A DNA stretch of 64,000 bases from Malacoraja senta. Taxonomy: Eukaryota. Positions 56,594 through 64,000 of this stretch are shown piece after piece. The notes under the pieces were generated by a model. That model worked only from the letters and a program-made list of their open reading frames with translations. It did no database searches and was not told the origin of the DNA. Positions within the stretch are counted from its first letter, which is position 1. Every line of letters begins with the position of its first letter. Made by a program: the position numbers and the translations under genes. The stretch is taken from the NCBI GenBank assembly GCA_038087875.1, contig JAXLNO010000385.1, positions 124,001 to 188,000 on the forward strand. The letters are read 5' to 3'.

Positions 56594-59500
56594 CGATCCC
56601 CGACCGCCCTCCGCCCCGTCTCCGCCTGTGCGGCCGCACTGTCACGGGCTGTGGGTCGGCAGCGCCCACACACACACGGGGCCGGGTGGACAGGGCCGCG
56701 GATCTGGGCAGCGGACACACGCGGACGAAAACCCGGCAACGTCCCCGTCAGCTGCAGCAGAGTTGGGGACAGTCTGGTCCCTCCGCCCACCCAGAGTCAC
56801 TGACCCACCTCCCCACCGACCACCCGGCAACATCCCCGTCTGCTGCAGCAGAGTTGGGGACAGTCTGGTCCCTCCGTCCACCTAGAGTCACTGACTGCGC
56901 TGCACCGGCACCGGACCCCGACACCCCCTTACCTCTCCACCCCCGAACACCCCCAGACGCCCAGCCGCGGGGATAGACGGCCCGGGGTACGTGATTGTGG
57001 AACCAGTCAGCGTGGAGTCCGAATGCTGGGACAGAATACGGGCCCGTTGCACTGGAAGCCGTGGTAAGCGCTTACCCGACGTTCACCGCATGTACTCCAG
57101 TTAGCTTTGCGTGGCAACAGTACAGGTCACGGGTCGTGACCCCGACTGCCGTGCAACCTCCCTATAGATTGGTCAGCGTACGTGAATCAAGGACCAAGTC
57201 AAGTCAAGTATATTCGTCACATACACATACGAGATGTGCAGTGACATGGAAAGTGGCAATGCTCGCGGATTGTGCAAAAAACTACAAAACAGAATGGACA
57301 GAATCACATATTCACATATTACATATTTGTGGGAGGAAAAAAAGAATAAAATCAGCAATTTTTTAAAAGACACCACACAACAGTAAAATGGTTCAGTAAA
57401 GTTAGTCCCTGGTGAGATAGGAGTTTACAGTCCTAATGGCCTCTGGGAAGAAACTCCTTCTCATCCTCTCCGTTTTCACAGCTTGGCAACGGAGGCGTTT
57501 GCCTGACCAGACGACGTTGATGCAAGGTGAAGGACAAAAAAGAGTTAATAGGAATCTATGAGTAACGTTTCCACACAGAGGGTGGTGGGTGTATGGAACT
57601 AGCTGCCAGAGGAGATAGTTAAGGTTAGGACTATCCCAAAGTTCAAGAAACCGCTACAAGTTTACACCGATAGGACGGGTTTGAAGGGATATTGACCAGA
57701 CGCCAGGGACTAGTGCAACTGGGACACGTTGGTCGGTTTGAACGTTGGGCCGAAGGGCCTGTTTCCACGCTGTATCACACCAAGGGCGGCACGTTGGTTG
57801 CACTACTGCTACAAAACGCCAGAGACCAGGGTTCTATCCTGCCCTCGTCTGCTGCCTGTGTGTAAGTGTGCACATTCGCCCTGTGACTGCGTGAGTTGCC
57901 TCCGAGTGGCCGAAGATCCTCTTTCCCACGCTGTATCTAACTTAAACCAAATCACACTGAAATTACACATGCCATGTCTCACAGTGTGCTCGGGGGGGAG
58001 GGGGGTGGGGAGGGGTGGGGGTGGAACATTACGGAGGGAAGCCATCAATGAGCGAAACATAGCACACGGTCAAACTGTGCACAGTCCGACTGAGCAAAAG
58101 AGAAAGAAATTTCTTATAGAAACACATACAATTATAAAAGGACTGGACAAGCTAGATGCAGGAAAAAATGTTCCCAATGTTGGGCCAGTCCAGAACAAGG
58201 GACCACAGTCCTAGAATAAAGGGGAGGTCATTTAAGACTGAGGTGAGAAAAAACTTTTTCACCCAGAGAGTTGTGAATTTATGGAATTCCCTGCGACAGA
58301 GGGCAGTGGAGGCCAAATCACTGGATGGATTTAAGAGAGTTAAATAGAGCTCTAGGGGCTAGTGGAATCAAGCGATATGGGGAGAAGGCAGGCACAGGTT
58401 AGTGATTCGGGATGATCAGCCATGATCACAATGAATGGCGGTGCTGGCTCGAAGGGCCGAATGGCCTCCTCCTGCACCTAATGTCCATGTTTCTATGCTT
58501 CTCTGGATATTTCAGTATCTATCTTGGAATATCAGTGATGTCATGGTATGAATGATGATTTATTTTGGGGGGGGGAAACAGAACTGGTGTGGTAGATGGG
58601 TTCACTGGAGATGTCCATCGAAATCACACCAACATTAAATGAAATAACACAGTGTCATGGACCATTCATTCATTGGAAAGCATAAATTCTTGTTTTCAGT
58701 GAAAAATACACAAAGTGCTGGTGTAACAGAGGGTCAGGCAACATTTTTGGAGAACGTTTATAGGTGACGTTTCGGATAGTGACCATTCTTCAGACTCTGT
58801 TTATCAGCGACTCGCTTTGTGTTGTTTTTTTACTCGATCCTTAAGTTATTCGCTTGTCATCTCCCATGGTGGCGTCAATGGCTGTGGCGCAAGATGTTTG
58901 TTCCGTGAGTGTCACTAATGTCAATCAGCAGGTATGAGGTCATGTCGCTGGAGACCTATCGCTCTATATATCTCGGTGCCCACCAGAAGGCATCGCCACA
59001 GAGCTACAGCGATGACGGACTGACGGAGCCACAGGAGTTAATTGTGTCTTCCAGCTATGGGACATCAATTGATCTATCGAATTGAAGATATATTTTTCCT
59101 ACAATAGCGGCTGTCGCTGTTTTCGGTAATTTGGTTTGTCTCTGATTTTCATGTACGCGCATTAGCTGTGAGACATTCCGTAAACTCCGGCGGTGCCGAC
59201 GTTAAACGAACATTGTTTGTGTTTCAATAATTCACTTGTTTAATTTGGTTAGACATCCATTTTCCTACTGTAACTGCCGCAATGTGTACGTCATGCCCGT
59301 TGTTTATCCTGGCCTGGATCACTGTCTGTACTGATTGCGCCGGCCAGAGCCCTGACCAGCGAGCAGGTATCAGATAATCACACCCTGGTATGTTGGTCAG
59401 GAGCTGTGAGAATGGCAACTTGGGTTCCTTCCGTGGAGAGTCTGAAACGTGTTAGTGAAATGACATTTGTTCCCAATCGGACAAACCTGCTTAACTGAAT

Positions 59501-60624
59501 ATATAATCGATATATATTCTGCACTTGTCGCTGCGTGAAGCGTAATCCCGCGTTAGACCTGTAATGCTACAGCTCATTAGATAAAGCAAGTGAATGTCAC
59601 GAGCTGGGATCTGACTCTATGAAGGTGTCACGACTTTACTATGATGTAAACTCAGATGTTAACTCAGATGTAAACAGATGCTGTCACGTAATTTTATATC
59701 AGTTAATATTATGGTTTTTGATATCTTCTCCTTCGGCCGATCAGTAAATTCGAATTTATATCCGCAGATGTATCTGTACATGCTCGCCATCGTGCCACAG
59801 TCAGTACTGCCTGCATGGGCGGAAATTCTGGGGAGGGACGGGTGCACGCCTCCCCCCCCCCCGGTGCTTTGAGAGGTGGGGGACAATCCCACCTATTTTT
59901 GTAATCCGGAATTTATCAGACATTTTCTATGGGCTCAATCGGCCAGTTCGCGGGCCCTTTCATCGCCCAGCGCGGCTTAAAATCAACCTGCTGCATCCAG
60001 GCGATCGAGACTCCCCATGTTGAAGCCCCCGCCGGCCGATGAAAGGCCTGCGATCGGGCGGATTCAAGCCCCACCATTCGAGGCGGACGAAGCTGCTGTT
60101 GCTGAAGTTCGGAGTCGGTCACCAACCAGGTCAGCTTCCGATGTTACCGTCCCCCCTCCCCCCATGTTTTGATAGCGATTTCCGTGCCTGACTGCCGGTG
60201 TCACACAGTTCCGGAGTCGCAGGTTCAATCTCCACCCTCCCGTGCTTTATGAGCAATGTTTCATCGTTCGTCCTCCGACTCCACGCTAATCTTGGCTGTG
60301 CGCATGTTTCCTCCCACATGCAATTGAGCTGCGTATTAATGGTTTCTGTAACTACTGTCCATGGGACAGTGTAGATGGATGCTACAATCTGGAGACAGTT
60401 CAGAAGAATATGGACAGTATTAAAAGTGGTGTACGTAATATACATTGGTGTTTGATGAGGTGCGTGGACACCGTGGTCCAAAGGCTGTAGTCTCTGAACG
60501 TGGTCTGGGCTAAAGGTCATTTGTTCAACCAAATTTGAAGTTTGAAAACCTTCCAATCAGACAATGTCCCTCAGATACTTTTGTGCGGGCCTTATGTCAG
60601 TAATATCTCTTCTCTCCTTCACAG

Positions 60625-61528
60625 TGAACTTGTTGGCGATTGTGATTCTCTGTCGAGGTAAATGCGGTCTCTCCAAATGCATCACTCTCTACCTGGTGGC
60701 CATGGCAGCGTCTGATTTCCTGGTCGGCATCACCGATCCGTTTCTCCGTCAGACTATTCGAATTTACTTCCCGTATTCTTTGCTGAACATTACACCCGTG
60801 TGCGTGACTATCAATTTCCTGGTCTTTGCATCCACCGCGGTCTCTGTCTGGCTGACGGTCGCCTTCACCTTCGATCGGTTTGTGGCTATTTGTTGTGAGA
60901 AGCTGAAAACAAGATATTGCACCGAGAGAACGGCGGCTGTGATTATCGGGGCAGTGAGTGTGCTGGGCTGTTTAGAGAACGTCCCCCGGTGTTTACGTTA
61001 CAACCTGACTACGTGTTTGATAATCTTCCCTGGGATTGTTACACCAAACCCACCTTCTATACGTCGTCCGCATGGATCGCATATGATGTCACACACCGCA
61101 TTCTAACCCCTTGTATCCCGTTCTTTCTGATCCTTCTGCTCAATGTGCTGACGGTCAGGCGGATTGTGGCGGCCAGCAGAGTCCGCAGGGGGCTCCGGGG
61201 AAAAAGCAACGGAGAGAATGACAACGACCCGGAGATGGAGAACCGCAGGAAATCCATCGTTTTACTCTTCAGTATCACGGGCACTTTCGTCCTGCTGTGG
61301 GCAACACAGGCCATATTTTTCATCTTTACGAGTATTGCGAAGGTGGGATATGACAGCTCCCCCACCAGTTATTACTACATCACAACGGTCACGTCGAGCT
61401 TCTTACAACTGCTCAGTACCTGCACCAACACGTGTATTTACGTGGTGACCCAGAGTAAATTCAGGGCTGAGCTGATCAACGCGGTTAAATTCCCAGTGAG
61501 TGCAATTCGTGCACTTGTACGTCCGTGA
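60625..61528 (+). pseudogene. Class A orphan GPCR, GPR139/GPR142-like, main coding exon with one frameshift near 60990
   Basis: Acceptor ctctccttcacAG at 60624; NLLAIVILCRGKCGLSKCITLYLVAMAASD, SVWLTVAFTFDRFVAIC, DPEMENRRKSIVLLF, STCTNTCIYVVTQSKFR; ORFs 60564 and 60917 join by a 1-nt shift. Confidence 0.85.
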
Positions 61529-61814
61529 CCCTCTGATCCACGCCGATAGTTCAACATACATTTGCTCCCATCAGTGTTTGTCCTCCCAATATTCCCATTC
61601 AACTGCTCAGAATCTCCACTACGCACATACTCACACGGAACAGCTTGCAATGGCCATTTGAACCATCACTCGTAGAAGTTATAGAATCATACATCACTGA
61701 ATCTGTCACTTTGGCTCAATTCGTCTCTGCTAACCGAGATGCGCCGTCAACGCGAGTCCGATTTGCCCGCGATTCCCCGACATTCATTTTAACCTTTCCT
61801 ATAAATGCACCCGT

Positions 61815-62205
61815 CCAATCACCCTAACGGGCTTGCCCCCTCCTGTATCAAAAATCTTCTAACCCACCATTCTACCTCCAGGTCCCTCAGGTCGGCCGAC
61901 TTGGGGCTACTGACTATCTCGCGGTCTAGGTTTAAGCTCAGGGGCGACCGCGCTTTTGCGGTTGCAGCACCTAGACTGTGGAACAGCATCCCTCTCCTCA
62001 TCAGAACTACCCCGCCATCGACTTCTTAATATCGAGGCTCAACACCTATTTCTACCCAATAGCGTTTTTGAGGCCCTCTGAGGGAGCGCTGTAAACAGTT
62101 TGTGTATGTATTGTTAGCTCTGTGTACCATTGTATGTAGGACATTAGTATCTGCTCTGCTCTACAGCACTTTGGTCAACGAGACTTGATTTTAAATGTGC
62201 TATAT
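61815..62205 (+). mobile_element. L2-clade LINE 3' end
   Basis: NGLAPS..RSLRS..GDRAFAVAAPRLWNSIP; 3' UTR acagcactttgg..aaatgtgctata. Confidence 0.8.
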
Positions 62206-62209
62206 GTTT

Positions 62210-62416
62210 TCTTCTCGTTTCAACGTGTTGAAAAATCTTCACGAGTCTTCACGAGATTACCGCGTTTCCCGAGTACCCGCCGTTATCGGTACGAGCCGCT
62301 AAGAGACGACCCGAGCTCCAACGTACCCGCTACGTACATTCAACGTGCTTACCACGAGTTTGATTTTTTTATCCACTCGGGGGAGCTCTTGAATTACCTC
62401 GTACAGTGGGACAGGC
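62210..62416. mobile_element. Harbinger-like MITE fragment (single TIR)
   Basis: Ends AGTGGGACAGGC, like the TIR of the 33569 MITE. Confidence 0.55.
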
Positions 62417-62859
62417 ACTGGCACACTTCGCGCTATGACATACCTTTTCTGTCACTAGTGGACGGCTGCATTTCTCATCATATCTGACGCCGTTAGATTT
62501 GCCGCAGATGATCTGAAGCCGACGTAAACAATGCATGGAAAACACAAATTGATGGAGCAAATCTGCGAGTCGAGCAGAAACTGTGCAGGGAATGGACAGA
62601 CGGCGTTTTGTATCAGAACCACGAAGATCTGGGGGAATAGCCCATCGAGAAACAGCGCCTGTCTATCCGCATCACAAATGCTGCCTGGTCCATTGAGTAC
62701 TGTGCTGCCCCCCGCTGCAGGATGCAAATAATTTGGAGAGGGCGTTGAAATGTTAGCATGTTGGTGAAAATGCAAAGGCTGGATGGAAGAGGGCAAAGTT
62801 CAGTTGAGATGTGTGGGGCATGTTTCTATATGTAGAGGGTGACCGATGCCTGAATTTTT

Positions 62860-63125
62860 TTAGAACGGAGACGAGGAAACACTTTTTCTCACAGAGAGTG
62901 GTGTCTGTGGAATTCTCTGCCTCAGAGGGCGGTGGGGGCCGGTTCTCTGGAATCTTTCAAGAGAGAGCTAGATAGGGCTCTTAAAAATAGCGGAGTCAGG
63001 GAATATGGGGAGAAGGCAGGAAGGGGGTACTGATTGGGGATGATCAGCCATGATCACATTGAATGGCGGTGTTGGCTCGAAGGGCCAAATGGCCTGCTCC
63101 TGCACCTATTGTCTATTGTCTATTG
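62860..63125 (+). mobile_element. CR1 3' end
   Basis: Tail sequence with (tattgtc)n. Confidence 0.9.
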
Positions 63126-63661
63126 AAATGTTCTTCTCGTGTCGGTGGTGGAGGCTGTTAGTATCAATGGAGTTTATGAGACATTGTATGGGCATGTGGA
63201 TATGCAAAAACCTGAGAGATCTCCATCAGAGTAAGCAAATTACATTATTTATCTTGACATCATGTTCGACCCTGACTTTGCCTTTCCCTGTGTTGCATAG
63301 AAACATAGAAAATAGGTGCAGGAGGAGGCCATTCGGCCCTTCGAGCCAGCACCGCCATTCATTGTGATCATGGCTGATCATCCCCAATCAATCCCATAAG
63401 TTGTACATGTCTATATTCGATACATAACTACACAAGATATGGTTAAGAAAATAATAGCATGGTGCAGAATGCAGATTTGCGTTTATTATTCTTGTGTGCA
63501 CCGCGTTAAATCGAAAAGGTTTGTTTTTTCCCGTTATTGGAACAAAAAAAGCTGTACAATAAATAAACACAATCATATCAAAAACAAGATCATTTGATCG
63601 AGCAAGAGGGAAGATTGTTAGAATATAGTCCTTCGCATTGGCAGCGCATTAGCCCCATAAA

Positions 63662-63995
63662 AGGGCGGTCACGGTGGTGCAGCGGTAGAGTTGCTGCCTT
63701 ACAGCGAATGCAGCGCCGGAGACCCGGGTTCGATCCCGACTACGGGTGCTGTCTAGACGGAGCTTGTACGTTCTCCCCGTGACCTGCGTGGGTTTTCTTG
63801 GAGATCTTCGGTATCCTCCACACTCCAAAGATGTACAGGTTTCTAAGTTAATTGACTTGGGGAAAATGTAAAAATGGTGTCTAGTGGGAGTAGAAGAGTG
63901 TTAATGTGCGGGGATCGCTGGTCGGCGCCGACCCGGTGGGCCGAGGGGCCTGTTTCTGGGCTGCATCTCTAAAACTAAAACTAAATAAAACTAAA
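63662..63995 (+). mobile_element. tRNA-derived SINE (HE1/V-SINE-like), full length
   Basis: A box TGGTGCAGCGG, B box GGTTCGATCC, CR1-like 3' stem ggccg..ggcctgtttc, (CTAAAA)n tail. Confidence 0.85.
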
Positions 63996-64000
63996 GACCA

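Larger units (their letters stand above)
43623..60301 (-). repeat. Right arm of large inverted segmental duplication
   Basis: Reverse complement of 18331-38682 apart from arm-specific insertions. Confidence 0.97.

Noticed and set aside
63662..63745. Possible tRNA gene
   Set aside because: The A/B boxes continue into a SINE body and repeat tail; no proper cloverleaf or terminator.

Overview
Eukaryotic, repeat-dominated vertebrate DNA, most likely a cartilaginous fish such as a skate or ray (inferred from CR1/HER1-type LINE tails, an HE1-like tRNA-SINE, Penelope fragments and a GPR139/142-like receptor). It contains two 200-N scaffold gaps. Architecture: a ~17-20 kb inverted duplication (18331-38682 vs 43623-60301) whose spacer includes a direct copy (39557-43422) of the window start (1-~4120). 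Most notable: each arm carries a decayed endogenous retrovirus (integrase, env-like pieces, PPT, TG..CA LTR). In it, an intronless thrombospondin-2-like segment sits in sense orientation between the env remnant and an env-like membrane anchor just before the PPT, a candidate host gene transduced by a retrovirus. Also present: a young CR1 with an uninterrupted ORF2, joined to ORF1 by an in-phase U_UUA_AAC -1 slippery site and apparently a chimera of two CR1 lineages; non-autonomous Helitrons whose 5' TCTA ends run into (GATA)n arrays up to 6 kb; a Helitron Pif1 helicase relic; Harbinger-like palindromic MITEs; a frameshifted C2H2 zinc-finger array; and a GPR139-like GPCR with one frameshift. 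All family calls come from motif recognition by eye; no database search was run.
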